A DNA stretch of 63,765 nt, counting the filler, from Collodictyon triciliatum (Eukaryota): the NCBI GenBank assembly GCA_043381765.1. It is 7 parts of 7 records of this genome, joined end to end, with 100 filler letters (N's around TTAATTAATTAA, not from the genome) between each part and the next. Parts side by side here need not be neighbours in the genome. Positions count along the whole stretch, not along the records: positions 1 to 24,897 come from JBHJMP010000813.1; 6 more parts are not named here. The stretch is one strand, 5' to 3'. Position 1 is the stretch's first letter. Each line of letters starts with the position of its first letter. The notes below the pieces were generated by a model, which worked only from the letters and a program-made list of their open reading frames with translations, did not search any database and was not told the origin of the DNA. The translations under genes and the position numbers were made by a program. Below are positions 1 to 14,519 of this stretch, piece by piece.

Positions 1-30
1 AAAAGAAAAAAAGAAAAAAAAAAGGAGAGA

Positions 31-38
<8 letters not shown>

Positions 39-80
<42 letters not shown>
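39..80. repeat. (AG)n microsatellite
   Basis: Direct dinucleotide run in an intron. Confidence 0.95.
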
Positions 81-81
<1 letters not shown>

Positions 82-115
82 AATCAGAAGATCAATTTTC
101 GATTCAAAAGTCAAC

Positions 116-3026
116 CTGTCTATGTTTACGAATAAAGTCTTCGGGAGAATCAGCCCAGGCTGGAAGCTCTACATTATCAATAGTTCCGCCCTTTTGCCTC
201 ACCCCCAAGTCAAACTGGTTCATATTACTGAGAAATTCCGGCATATAGTAAAACTCTGGTATAAGCTCCTATAATTATAATTATTCCAACATTTGTTACG
301 ATAGTTCGTCTGACTGGGTTAAACACAATTATTAGTGATTCATCCGATTGATAGACTTCAACGGGGTGGACATCTAGGGACAAACCTTAAAATCTGACCC
401 GGACTCGTTTACATTTCTCCACGCCATTGGGATGGAAAAAAATAATCTGTCTGCAAGGTCGAATTTCCCGCCTAGTTACACGTAAGTTGTAAGTGAAACG
501 TACATAAAATACAGCACCCTGTATATTTATCGAAAATAGATTAGAATAGGTAGATAATCACAGAATGACGGTCAATTTCTAAGGTGTAATAGTTATAGAG
601 CACTTACCTTGGAAATCGAGAAAGTAAGATGTGAATGGCTCTAATCGAATAAGATAATACAATGTGATTCCTATGGATGAGTAATGTGTGCCATAAAGAA
701 ACTTTGGAACTTCCGGGTCATCAAAACTAATATTTGTCGAATAAACATATTAGTTTAGGAATTTGTAATCATATGAGTATGATACGATGTATTTTTAGTT
801 GATTACTCTTTATATCTCTTGATTAAGTTAGAGAGTCTTTCATGATTCAGAGCACCAATAGGGCGAGATAAATCCCGGAAGGTTTCAGATTTGTTCAAAT
901 CCAAGGTTTTACTTGTGTAGTCAGCAATTACTAATTGTTTTAATATGAATATGTTACGAACCCAACTAACATAGCAAGTACACACATCATATGAATTCAA
1001 GTGCTAAATTGTCGAATTGCTGGAATGTACATCCCACTATATAAACTAGGAACCAAGACACTTTCGAGAGTAATGGTAAAAGTATTGATAAATCAAACCC
1101 CAAGGAAAAACAGGGTACTGATTCATATCATTGTAACTTCTCCCTAATTTATTATTATTATTATCAATACAATGCAGCAGTTAGAATGCTTTATTTCTAT
1201 ATAGGGGGATTTTAATACCTGCAACTATATTCAGTTTCATGAGGTAGTCAAAGTTTGAAAGCATTCCTTTCTGCCATAGTGACGTCCACTTTGTGATCGA
1301 TGAATGCTCTTGAACGATATTGGGACATATTTTCAACAAAGATGAATAAACCTACGCGCACACATTATGAGTTCAAGTAAATTAATTGATTGCTAAAACA
1401 CAAGGGTTGATTCACAAATCGCACCCTTCTGCTTTTTATCTATTTTGAGTAAATTTTACTTTGTTTGCTAGAGTTCTATTTGGGAAGCTGAAGAAGTAAC
1501 CGCGTCTGTTGTCCATGAATATTTCAAGAGCACAGTTTCGAAGCTTGTACCTCCGATAAAGAACCTGTTGGATAGTGACAGTTATTTGTAGAGGCCATGA
1601 TTCTCTTAATAAACTCTGAAAAAGTAACATTTTGACTGCTACTATTGATAAGGTCAAAACAACAATATCAGTAATAGTAATCACCTCCACAACAGAATTC
1701 ACTGTCCAAACCACCTTCTTCAATTTCGGTGCAGAGGAACTATATTTTCATTTTTAGCAGTATCCAAAATTGAGTTCAGTGATATTTTATGCAATATATT
1801 TTCAACGTCCATGCCATCGACACTTTCTTTCGAATGCAATATGAAAATTGAATGATACGAGTTGAGTGAATCCATGGAAGGTTTCTCAGAAAATAGCAGA
1901 TGTGTCGCAGATATTTCCATTCTACATAAAAGATATGATCAGAAATTATTATTCAGATTCTGTAACATAAGAATATGCATGAGTTGAAGTACAATACTTA
2001 TATAAAAATACAACAATACAACAATACAACAATACAACAATACAACAATACAACAATACAACAATACAACAATACAACAATACAACAATACAACAATACA
2101 ACAATACAACAATACAACAAAAACAAAAAAATAAGAGAGCGTGAATAATCTCTTGGATATTCATACTTTCCACAATAGACTTTGATGGGAGACACAAAAT
2201 CGCAGTTCGTTCGGAGGCTAGAGGTCACATAGAAAAAAATAAAAGGAGTACTATTTAGATATCTGATTCATTTGCTATGGATTGACATCTCCAAGTATGT
2301 TTGAGAGAGAGGAATATTTCTCTATTTCTTTTATTGTTAATTTTTTACAGGTAGGAATAAATTGTCTTACTGTATTTTGGCCTCAGGGGACAATAGATGC
2401 GTATTAGTTTCTTCATCACCAATAGTCGTATAAGCTAGTTCATCTAATTGATTACATTATTGTTATTATTATCATTTTATTTTATTTTTTTTTAAAAAAA
2501 AGCGGATAGATGGGTACTTCTAAATTTATTCCCAAGATAGAAAAAAGACACTATATTTCTATGATTCAATGGTAAGCTATAAATCCTAAAGAGACATATT
2601 AAAATAATTGTATGTGCGTTTTACTCGGAGGAAGTCCGGGCACGTGATGGATTCGGGCTGATACTGGGGTCCCCATCTATTTCATGCACGCAATAAAATT
2701 AGTAAGGAACATATAGATGTAGATATATAAATGTAATTATTACATTTTAAAATAATACAAATGCTCAGGATAAATAAAAACCTGCTCCTTTTCGCTCACC
2801 AGCTCCTCAATAGACATCTTTTTTGCTTTCGCACTAGCCTCGATATGATTATCAAATGCATAATTCGGCTTTAATTTTCTCCGGCATCGAGAAGAGTCCT
2901 CTGTTTTGTCCAGTTTCCAATGAACTAAATTTACAGTTTGTAATTTCACGCCTTCATTAATTTATCTATTCGACTTATGGAGACATATATTTTGGTATGT
3001 GCTGGAATGCAAGAAAATGTAAAGAA

Positions 3027-3065
<39 letters not shown>

Positions 3066-6000
3066 AGGGCGGGGCCTAGAATTCCCATATGATTACCCTC
3101 CGTAAAATTTTCTACCCTCCCCCAAGGCCCTCTCTCAGATGTCAACCGCTTCAAGGCTCTCCTCCAGTTTTGCTATTTATTTTTTAGGGGGTTTTTTTTT
3201 TTTAGCTATTTTTAAGTTACTGATACGATAATATATTCTAAATGAACTATTTTAAAAAGCAGAAATATGGTATCATCTGGATTGATGATGAAGCTCACCA
3301 CAGCAACTTGATACTGATACTCCAAAGATTGGCGGTGTTGCATATACTTATAGTCCCAATCTGTCTCCAGAGAAACTTTTTTATTGATGATCAGCAGCGT
3401 CAGTTTTTCTACTGCATGAGGCATTTTCTATAAAGTGATATATAAAAATTATTAGGTACAGTCATATTATACTCATCCATAAATAGTACATCGGCAAGGA
3501 TAGATTTAAACTGATAAATAATAACTTGATCGAGATTTTGTATTCTTTCATTTCTAAGCTTCATTTGCTCTTCAGATACATTCGTCCAACGCTTTGCAAC
3601 TCGGAAATTCTCGTTAACCTTTTTATATTATGTTCATATATTTATACTTAACACTGGAACAAGAAATGAATCCAAAAAAGTCTTTATTTTCCGAAATACG
3701 TAATATTAAGTTATGCGATTATCTTTCCTAAAGTTACTGATATCGTATGACTGATTGTGTACATGATAACCACATTGGTATATATTGCTTCAATTGATAG
3801 CTTACTTGTCCTTCAATTTGGCGCTCGACCCAGCCTCTGAGATCTGAGGATAGCTTTCTACCTTGGTCTCCTGAAACCTGGCATTTCATTTAATAATTAA
3901 GCTTGTTCGGCGTCTTTTTCTTTCTTTTTTTTAAAAAAGAAAAATTAGTATAAGGAATGCAGCTAAAATTGTAATGACTATTGACAATTTGGGAGTGTAT
4001 TTCTGGGAAAGAATGCCACAAACAATTATTGAGGTGAATTCAGATATCCCTTGGGTGAATGCCATCAGGGATGTGACTATTCTCCGTATCATGACTTCGT
4101 TTTCTTCCAAGAAGTTGGCTGGTTTTTGAATAAACCTAATCACAACATATCATTTTTACTGTTGCTGTCTTTCTTTTCTTTTTTAAAATAAATAATTATG
4201 TGTATCACACCAATACATACAAGATAACAAAAAGATGGGCAATCGCCATCGCGCAAGCATCAGATTTTATTTTTTCCTTGTTGCTGCTCCTGTCGTGGCA
4301 ATAAATAGGGGAAAAGTGACTAAATCATTTTGCACATTGTTTGATGATACATTACCGCAAATCATTGATAGAAAAAAATAAAGTGATAAACCTACTGTGT
4401 CCTGAAATATGATGGATCAATTTAGTCAAAATCATACGCATTTAAGAAAGGAATCAAGGTGTCATAAACGTTCCATGCATCGTCCAAAACAAAAATGGAC
4501 AGCGATTTGACATAGTAGTACAGGCATAAGTGCATTGCACTTTTGCGTGATACTTGAATCTGCAGAATAAAGGTGCATTTCTGTTATTAATTTATTTATT
4601 TATTTTTACGTAAAATTGAAACGCTGTTAAAGTCAGTTCGGAAGAACTCGGGTAGTGCATATAATTGGAAAGTATATAAAATACTTGATTAATTTATCAT
4701 TAATATTTGAGTAGACTACGTGCCTTCGTATTGGTAAACTTCCTTTCGAAATATGAACATGTCATACATAGTAACAGACATAATTGGGCATATTCGGCCT
4801 GTATCTTACTCAAGTCTTCGGAAGACTCTTCGACAGCTATGGAAAGCTTTTATGGCAGGCATTTTTTAAATAAGAATAATTTATTATGAGTTTATAATAT
4901 CAATACGTAAATTAACATAATTTTAAAAAGGAATCCAATATGTATTATTTGCCTCCTACCACTACAGGTAAATTCGACAAGAAAGAATCTATAATATTAA
5001 ACAGCTTCTCCATATTTTCAATAATCATGGGACCAAGATGCTCCTATTAGAAGATTATGAAAGAAATTGAGCTTTTATTTATTTATTTATTGAGCACATT
5101 GTTTTTGCAAAGAGCAATATACAATAACCATATGATATAAATAATAGTATCCAAAAGTGCATATGTGTATTTAAAAGGAAACAATCTACATCTTTTGTTT
5201 CATCGAGTGCTCCTCTGACTGTTATCAGTATTTTGGAGAGTAAATTCAGAGCGAACAGAGACTTGATGGTAGCCTTTTGGAATAAGAAATGATAGTGAAT
5301 CAGCTATGAAAGATATTTTTATTTATAGTCAAAACTGGATATTAAATTTTTGCAGCAGTTATATAAGAGAATATAGTTTGCATCATATGAGATTAGAAAC
5401 GGGTATTAAATTTCCATCATAGTGAGTTAGGCTATAACAAAGTATATGGATGATTTACCGAGCTCACTGATTCAGTTATGCAAACCAGGAGCCTAACTAC
5501 AACCTTGATGGCTTGCTTATCATTCACCATAAAGTGAAGAACAGTGTAGCGTATAATCTCTGAAATTATATTTCCCGTGGCTACATATATTCAGTTTGTT
5601 TGTTATATCTATAGTAAAATAGTTTTGAAAAATGATCGGTTGACGTGTAGTTGTGGTGCATTACTTGAATCAGAAATATTGTTGACATGAATGAGCTGGT
5701 CTATCCAATCTTCTACATCTGCCAGTTCAAGGTAATTTCGATTGCTGTTTGAATTTTGATTACTAATAATACTTTGCATTACAGTTTGAGATGGGGAAGA
5801 GGGCATAGGAGTACATATTTACATTCTTTTAGGATGCGCAGATTTTGGTCCAGGTTTTTTTTTTTACACATACAAAAGGAAAATCAAATGCCATACATCT
5901 TGTAGACGAATGAATAATCTTAGGTCATCAATCCACTTACTTGTGTTTGAAGAGAACAAGCATGTCATAAAAGAACAGCCTTTTATTCTCCACAGGGGCA

Positions 6001-9000
6001 TTTTGAAGAAATGTGAACAAAAGAACCCAACAATACTTGTTTTTTAACAGTAAATCTCCATCAGGGTCTGCAGGTAAGAAATCCTCCTGTAACAAAGACG
6101 AAGTCATCATGATGAAATAAAGTAAAGCCTCCCACAGCGCATGGTAATAGCAAGTATGATTCAATAAATCAGAAAAATGGGACATACATATATTCATAGA
6201 GAAGTAAAGTAAAATAAAATAAAATAAAATAAAATAAAATAAAATAAAATAAAATAAAATAAAATAAAATAAAATAAAATAAAATAAAATAAAATAAAAT
6301 AAAATAAAATAAAGGAAAGGAAAATACAAACTTTGGCGTAAGGGGGCCCCAGGATTGCATTTCGCAGGACAAAGTATACTTCTTTTGATGACGATAATTT
6401 TTCCATGTAGAGTTTCACATATTCTATTTCCACTTCAATATCTTTAGTTCTTTTCCTCTGAGCAGACTCTAATTGGTCTTGAATCAAATTGTACATATAT
6501 AAACACTCCCGGAAAACCTGAAATGTGTGATGAACAAATGAAAAGAGAGTTAAATATTAGTAACATCAGTTGTTGTGTGCAATTATCGCATTATCTATAC
6601 ATAGTTCAGTAATTAATGCATTTTTGGATGAACAAAGCCGTTGAAGTATTATTTATGAGAGGAAAAAGAAAAGGCTCTCATACATCTAATGAACCAAGTG
6701 TACTCAAGTAAAGCAACAGTGGAACCAAATCTACGGAGGAAATTTGTTCTATCGAAGTTGGCGAAAGGGTCTGCAGGTGCTTCATGATGAAAGAAAGGAC
6801 ATCCCTTATCTGTAACATGTCTGTGCAACAATTCATAAAGCTTATCATATCGCGCAAATCCTCCGTGAATTCTGTCAGAGGCAGTGACAAAAAATAGTTG
6901 CCTATGATTGCATCTAGAATTTTCCTGCGAATGATGCACATATTTTCGTTCGTGGGGCGGCGTCCGAGGACTTTTTTAGTTACTGGATGAATAAAATTGA
7001 GAGAAGCTTCACTATCTACATCAGACTCATACCAGAAGTATATGTAAAGAAGATAGAGCAACTTCGAAGTAGGCATGTTTTGACGAAAAATTCGAATATT
7101 CTCCTTGCATAAGTACGATAATTCAGAGCATAAACATAGCTGTGTTTCATAGTCTGCAAAAATCCAGAGGCGGAAATCCATCAACAAGTTGAAGAGGAGA
7201 TCATTGCCAAGTGGAGTCTCAACCAAACTTTGATAGATCGCCACAAATTTTTTAACAACGATTGGAGTCAGATGTCCTGGAGAACATTTGCGGAGTAATA
7301 GCGAAACGATTGAAAATCCACCTTGCTCACTAAAGTTTGATTGAGTGATTGGGTGATCTCGAAGAACTTCAGTCAGAAGCTCAAGGATGCGTCTAAGTGT
7401 AGAGGATTCTGATTCTTGACCATATTCTATCTCTTCTCCTTTTGATGGCTTCACTGGATGGTCGAGCTGGGAGAAAAGAGGTAGCAAGGCCTACAATGAG
7501 TATGAGTGATTAAAGGGATAAAATATTTTTTAAAAAATTGGTTCATATACTGATACATTATTTTATAAATTATTTTCCAAGGTTTTTCTGATTTATATAT
7601 ATTTGTACAACCTCGAAATAAAGTTTCATTATTTTTTTTGTGACATACTCTATTATTGTAATTGAAGCGTTTACCTCGACACCGCCCAGACAAATGATTG
7701 TATCACGCAGAGACCAGGTTATACAAGGAGACAGGTCCCTCATTTTAGCGCGAAATGGGAAATTCCCTGATATATCCATACAAAATCCCTCCACCCAGCA
7801 TTTCCCACAATAAGCAAACAGTAACGTCGCTCTCAGGTGCCCGTCGAATGCATTTAATTGTGATTGTTGTTTAGCAGTAAGCTGCTGTTCCAGAAACTCG
7901 TTGCGATAAAAAGCTGACATATATGAAGGACCGAGCAAGTAATGTGATTTTATGCTCGAAGAATTCAATATATCCCCAAACATGTAAATGACACTGATTT
8001 GTCCAAATAACGAATTCGATCGGTATCTTTTATAGCCTATGACCATAGTTCAGTCGATAGTTGAGAAATGTATGTATGTATGTATGTATGTATGTATGTA
8101 TGTATGTATGTATGTATGTATGTATGTATGTATGTATGTATGTATGTATGTATGTATGTATGTATGTATAGAACTACCAGCGCTATGAATTAAAGCATTT
8201 GAGCCGATTTGACAGTTATTCAGCATTTCATCATGGTGCGGGTATTTGCAAGGGACATTAAAAACATATTCTCCATTCACAAAGAGCGTGACCTAGTTGT
8301 TACATATGCTTTTACTATTTGAGATTATTAGATATTCCTAAAGTCACGTAAGATGAAGAAACAGACAGAAATAAATTGAAAGTCGCGTTTTAAAACCTCT
8401 TGTCCAGAGAACAGCCCTCTAGAATTTGAATGAATCACGTGTATACATGTCCAAACATTTGGCTTTATCACTTGGTGAATGTGTGGGATAAGACAAACGG
8501 TTTGGTGTCCCGATTTTGTGGATACCCACAAATAGAGAAAACCATTGTTCTAAATGAGTTTTTTTTTTTTTTTNNNNNNNNNNNNNNNNNNNNNNNNNNN
8601 NNNNNNNNNNNNNNNNNNNNNNNNNNNNNNNNNNNNNNNNNNNNNNNNNNNNNNNNNNNNNNNNNNNNNNNNNNNNNNNNNNNNNNNNNNNNNNNNNNNN
8701 NNNNNNNNNNNNNNNNNNNNNNNNNNNNNNNNNNNNNNNNNNNNNNNNNNNNNNNNNNNNNNNNTGAATTTTTTGTAATATTAATAATTAAAAAAAATTT
8801 TTTTTTAAAATAATTTTTTTTTTTTTTTTTTAAAAAAAAAAAGAAGCTATATACTTGTAAACACATATACATAGTAGTCAATGAACTATAGGGTGCGAGG
8901 CAACGACGATGCATCGGATTTAATTGCTTTAAAGAAATGGCTCAAATAAACATTTATCTTAGAGGAATAACGAAAAAAAACCTTAAAAAATAATTCTAAT

Positions 9001-9544
9001 CCTTCTCCAGAATCGTTTAGAAAGCTAATCATTCATATTGTGTTTCAAAAAAAAAATAGAGGAAGAGGAGGAAAAGAGTTTTAGTGAAGAAAGATGGAAA
9101 ATCGTATGAAATAACGTGCATATATAATTATCATACAACCTCACAATACGAGGCTCATAATTTGGTTGGCAGACAGGGTCATGAAATGATTCGATGCATA
9201 GCCAGACTGCTATTGTGTATCCATTTTGAGATGGTATGCGCCCCATATTCGGCAGTATTAGAGCCTACCATAAGTCAAGATAGAAAATATTAAACGCAAT
9301 GATTAAGGTTATCTGATTGTGATCCTTAATTTTTGTACAGTCAGCATTTGGGTAGAATATGTATCATATTGTGATTGAGAGTACAGAGTTTCTTCCATCA
9401 AAGTCCAAGTATGACTCAGGCCCATCTTTTCTACACATAACTTCCATAATATGGAGAGCTAGATCGTAGTGGCGGGGCTATAAAAGAAAAATTCGATAAA
9501 TCATAAATAATCATATCTAATTTTCGATTCAGTGTAAGCGTGCA

Positions 9545-9582
<38 letters not shown>

Positions 9583-9600
9583 TTTTAAAAAAAATAAAAG

Positions 9601-9632
<32 letters not shown>

Positions 9633-10826
9633 ATTTAACAAAAATGAAGGGCGATAGTTTATACAAAGGCTTATGTAAATTATTTTTTTTCAAAATACGG
9701 TAACAAACCCTAAAATTCCCAGCTTCACTTTGCAATAGACTTATTATCAGCTTTAACTCAGATACACTGATACTGTGGGAACCAATTAGCTTGACTAATT
9801 GAAGAATCCAACCTAATAGTCCATTTTGTTAATCGGAGGAAAATCATACAATTCTTTAAATTTATGTAAACTACTGGTTAGGGCTATGCATTCGTAATGT
9901 CCAACCTTGAGTTTCATAATCGCTAATTTGTTGGAAACAATTGTAACATATTTGAATCATCCCCAATGATGAGCAACAAGCACGATTAACTGTGCTAACT
10001 TTCAATGCCTCACACATATTCTGAATTATATATATTTGAACATCCTTCGGAAAGTATGTAAACAATTTGAATAAAAGGACAATGGCCTCCTTGTCCTGGA
10101 AGGTAAATTGGCTTTCGATTTGGAAACTTCCTTCAACAATCTAAATTCCGTTAAATATAAGGTTCACAGCGCAATCAAATTTGCACCATTATTTAAGATA
10201 GTTTATGACAAAAAAAAAAAAAAAAGAATTAAGAGGTACAAATTTTTTTTCAGTATTTATCGACTTACCATGTCAAACAGAATATTAGCTGTCTCGATTT
10301 TAGGCTCTTTCTTCCAAACGAGCAGGATTAACTTGTGAAGCTCGACGTATAGATATCTTGAGGAAAAGTACGCCTAAATGTATGCATTGAAGCTTATTAA
10401 TAAATCGCAGAATTTTTTCCTGGAGTTGTTATTCAGATACTGATGAGAAACTGTTCCCTCTTTTAAAGCGAGGCAGAGATAGTGGAAAGGCACAAACGGA
10501 TATTATTTCACCTTCATATCAGCGGACCCAGAGAGAAGATAGTTGATTGTTTTGATACAATCGATGACTATGGAGGGCTCTTGATTCGCATACGCGACTT
10601 GAAATATATTCTGAAATGCTTCACATTTCTTAAATGTTTTTTTGTGGAGTGGCTGCTGCTCACAAACAATTCTTATACACGAAAGCAATCCACACAAGAT
10701 ATTTCTCTGATTTGAGATTATGATTTTTCGTTGAAATCTACATATATAAATTTTTGTATAGTATTAGATGCGTTTCCGCCATTTAATTCAAGGACGATTA
10801 GAGATTCAAGACGAGATTAAATTATG

Positions 10827-10895
<69 letters not shown>

Positions 10896-13800
10896 TGCTG
10901 TTGTAAAAGTAACAATACCTTGTCAACGTCTCGATGAATTTCATAAAAAGCACTTTAGTTGACTTTTCTTTGATAGGTGATATGGACATTAAACTAGATA
11001 GATGGCCAATTATGAACGATTGGATTTCTTGGTCCAGTAACCCGTCAAGCAACGTCTGCATCGCTGTTGTTTTCTTAAGGGTAGCCCGCTTAATTTCGAT
11101 ATTGTGTAAAAAAGAATCCTAGATATTTCATGCGTTAAGGTGAGTTATCAGTGAAAGAGGCATGACAAAAAGCATGTTTTCAAATATCCGACCTCGACTT
11201 TACTGTAATAAGTATTAAGATATACTAAAGAATTCTGATTTAAATTTAATTTTTTTTTAAAAAAAAAAAATCGAATCTCTAGATATTACCAGTATTGCAA
11301 AAACCATGAATCTGGCCGACCGAAATAGTTCATACTCTTGAGCAGCGACCTCTTGAGACTCATGAGGAACATACCTCCATCTTCAAAAAAAAAAGTGTTA
11401 ATTTGTACGTTATTTTGTTATTCAAGAATACATTGATATGGAGAAAATCATAGGATTGCATTAGTATGTATTTTGTCAGATTAGATTATATTCATGGCAT
11501 TTCAAACTGAAAATAGTTTTTTTTTTTTTAACCTCTCTTCCAATTTTGAATGGAACTGAATCATGTTGCAGAACAAAAATAAAGACTCTAGACTTTCTAA
11601 AGACTTTTGGGTCTCTCTGAGATTGTGATTAAACATCACTAATAAACACTGTCCGACATCGATGACGCATTGAAAATTCTTGTAATTCAGCTCCAAAACA
11701 CGCTGGAGTTAAAGTTAAAAGTTTTAAATGATATTCAGTGCGCTTGGAATCCGCTATAAAAAAAAAACTGCAAAGAAAGAAAACAAAAGAGAAATTCACA
11801 TACTTGAAAAATAAATAACATTAAGGATAAACGAAATATATAACAAAATGAAGCAAAATAATGTGAAAGTAAAGCAAAAATAAACCACAATAAGAATAAT
11901 TATTTGACAAACGATTAATGCCCGGCATTCGTGTATATTGGGAACTCCTTCATGTGGCAATGTTAGTTCTTCGGTCAGGTTGGAACCAAGTTGATCCTTT
12001 GTATTGATCAGCTTCTCGGACATGCCATTAGTAATACCCATATATTGGACGAACTTCAAAACGAGTTTTCTCAAACTATGAAATACACCAACTGCCAAGC
12101 TGTCGCGCTGTGCCTCTTTCTGTGGTATATTAAGTTATTTTGAAAGTTAATTCAATCATATGCGGAAAAAATGCATTATGCAATATCACATATTTACATA
12201 ATCCTAAATTATTCAAGCACTTTGTAACAATACTGTAATAGAAAAAAATTCTGAGAATATGAATGTGATATGTCTGACTAAACGAACTTTGAATGGTTTT
12301 GAAAAGTAGAAGAAGTTTCCAAACAGAGCTGTATACACCGCAGAAATTTCATCCGGAATCAGAAATGCGATATTGATTTGAGTCTTGTGACAATCGTTGA
12401 TGGCGTCATTTCCTTGTCGAATGTACTCAATCAAAGTTGAAATGAATGCCACCTAAGTATCATTTTAAATTCATACTCTGCTAATATTCATATCAAAACA
12501 ATATATTCACTTCAATAAAATGATGGCTTTTTTTTTATTTATGAAAAAAAAATTACTGAAAAAGAAAAGAAAACCGAAACCTGTATGTTGGGGTGGCCTT
12601 GTTGTAACCTCTCTCTACTTTGTTTGTTTTCAGGTGTATTTCGAATTTCTTCATTAAATAGATCAAGCCACAGTTTCAGGAATGGGTTGAAATCAACAAA
12701 TTCACCTTGTTTTTTTTTTATTTTTCGAATTTTAGGCAAACCAAGATGTTATCCATAAATGAGATATACAATGATTTGGACAAGTGCAAAAAAAAAAAAA
12801 ATCACCCTTGCATAGTCTCGTCCGGAGTTGATAAGACTGAGCCATAATTTGGATAATCCGAAACACCTCCAGAAGATTGTCAGATACTCTAAAATGCGTC
12901 TCAGTTCTGGGCGACTCAACATATTTATACCCCACTGATGGATATATTTTGAAAAATCGACTTTGCAATTCGCTGGCCGTGAATGATGGTGGAATTTTTA
13001 CTATCAAGAGTCATCGTTAGCATAGGTTTACTCTCATGGTATTATATAAATCAAAATCTAACGATGAAAAGAAAAATTCGAACCCATATATTGAGAAAAG
13101 TCTATAGACTGTTGATCGATCTGGTAAGCGTCACTTATCCAAAATATAACATCAATCAATTTTTCATATCCACCGATTTTAAAGAAATCCTTGATGGAAC
13201 CAGGTGTTTGTCTACATCAGATGGTACTAAAATTAAGATGTGATAACCCATAGAAGCTAGAGGAAAGAGAGGAAAGAGAGGAAAGAGAGGAAAGAGAGGA
13301 AAGAGAGGAAAGAGAGGAAAAAGAGGAAAGAGAGGAAAGAGAGGAAAGAGAGGAAAGAGAGGAAAGAGAGGAAAGAAAAGAAAAGAAAAGAAAAGAAAAG
13401 AAAAGAAAAGAAAAGAAAAGAAAAGAAAAGAAAAGAAAAGAAAAGAAAAGAAAAGAAAAGAAAGGAAAGGAAAAAGGAAAGGAAAAAGGAAAGGAAAAAG
13501 GAAAGGAAAAAGGAAAGAAAAGGAAAGAAAGAAACAGACTAAATTACAGGAAATGTTGATTTTTTCCTTTATTCGATTCAAAGACAGAAAATATTGATAA
13601 AATTACAGTAGTATGGCCAAAAGTTTCAATGTTAAGATTTGAGCTTCCCAAAGTAGTCCACGTATTTGAGTGTCCCTATATGATTGATTTTTTTTTTATT
13701 GCTATGATTTTTTTCGACATATGTAATTAAGACCAAGATTTTATGATTGAATTCAGAGGTAAAACTATTAAAATAAGAGGGGAAGTGTGAGGCATAAAAG

Positions 13801-14205
13801 TCAACCTTATAAAGTCATCTGATGGTCGGTACAGTAGAAATTGTAGAGTGAAGAAGACATTCTCATTCATTAGCTTCTTGCATTCAGTTTGCCTTAAAAT
13901 TTATTATATTTATATTGAAAAAATCACTCAAAAGAGTTATTTTGAAATTCACTTTGGGTTCTCAAAATCAAAAAAAAAATGAGCAGAAAAAAGCGTGATC
14001 TTACGATATGACTTTCTCTGTATAAAATGTGAAAAAAAAACAAACAAAAAAACAAACGAAATAAGTTTTATGAGAGTCCCAGAAAACTTCAGTGATAGGA
14101 TATCCAGTCGGAGTTGATCTTGGCTAGAAATCCAATCTCTTGACATGGGAACTTCCTTGGTCAGCCTCATATGGACTTGCATATAGCGATGTAATTTAGT
14201 CAGTG

Positions 14206-14236
<31 letters not shown>

Positions 14237-14486
14237 TGTATGTATGTATGTATGTATGTATGTATGTATGTATGTATGTATGTATGTATGTATGTATGTA
14301 TGTATGTNNNNNNNNNNNNNNNNNNNNNNNNNNNNNNNNNNNNNNNNNNNNNNNNNNNNNNNNNNNNNNNNNNNNNNNNNNNNNNNNNNNNNNNNNNNNN
14401 NNNNNNNATGTATGTATGTATGTATGTATGTATGTATGTATGTATGTATGTATGTATGTATGTATGTATGTATGTATGTATGTATG

Positions 14487-14519
<33 letters not shown>

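Noticed and set aside
1949-2228. Repetitive ORFs such as [26 protein letters not shown], poly-F/K and FVCL throughout the ORF track
   Set aside because: They are translations of intronic or intergenic microsatellites and N gaps.
13075-13090. GGGTTCGAAT T-loop-like motif on the minus strand
   Set aside because: No cloverleaf or A box; intronic chance match. No tRNA or rRNA genes were recognised in the window.
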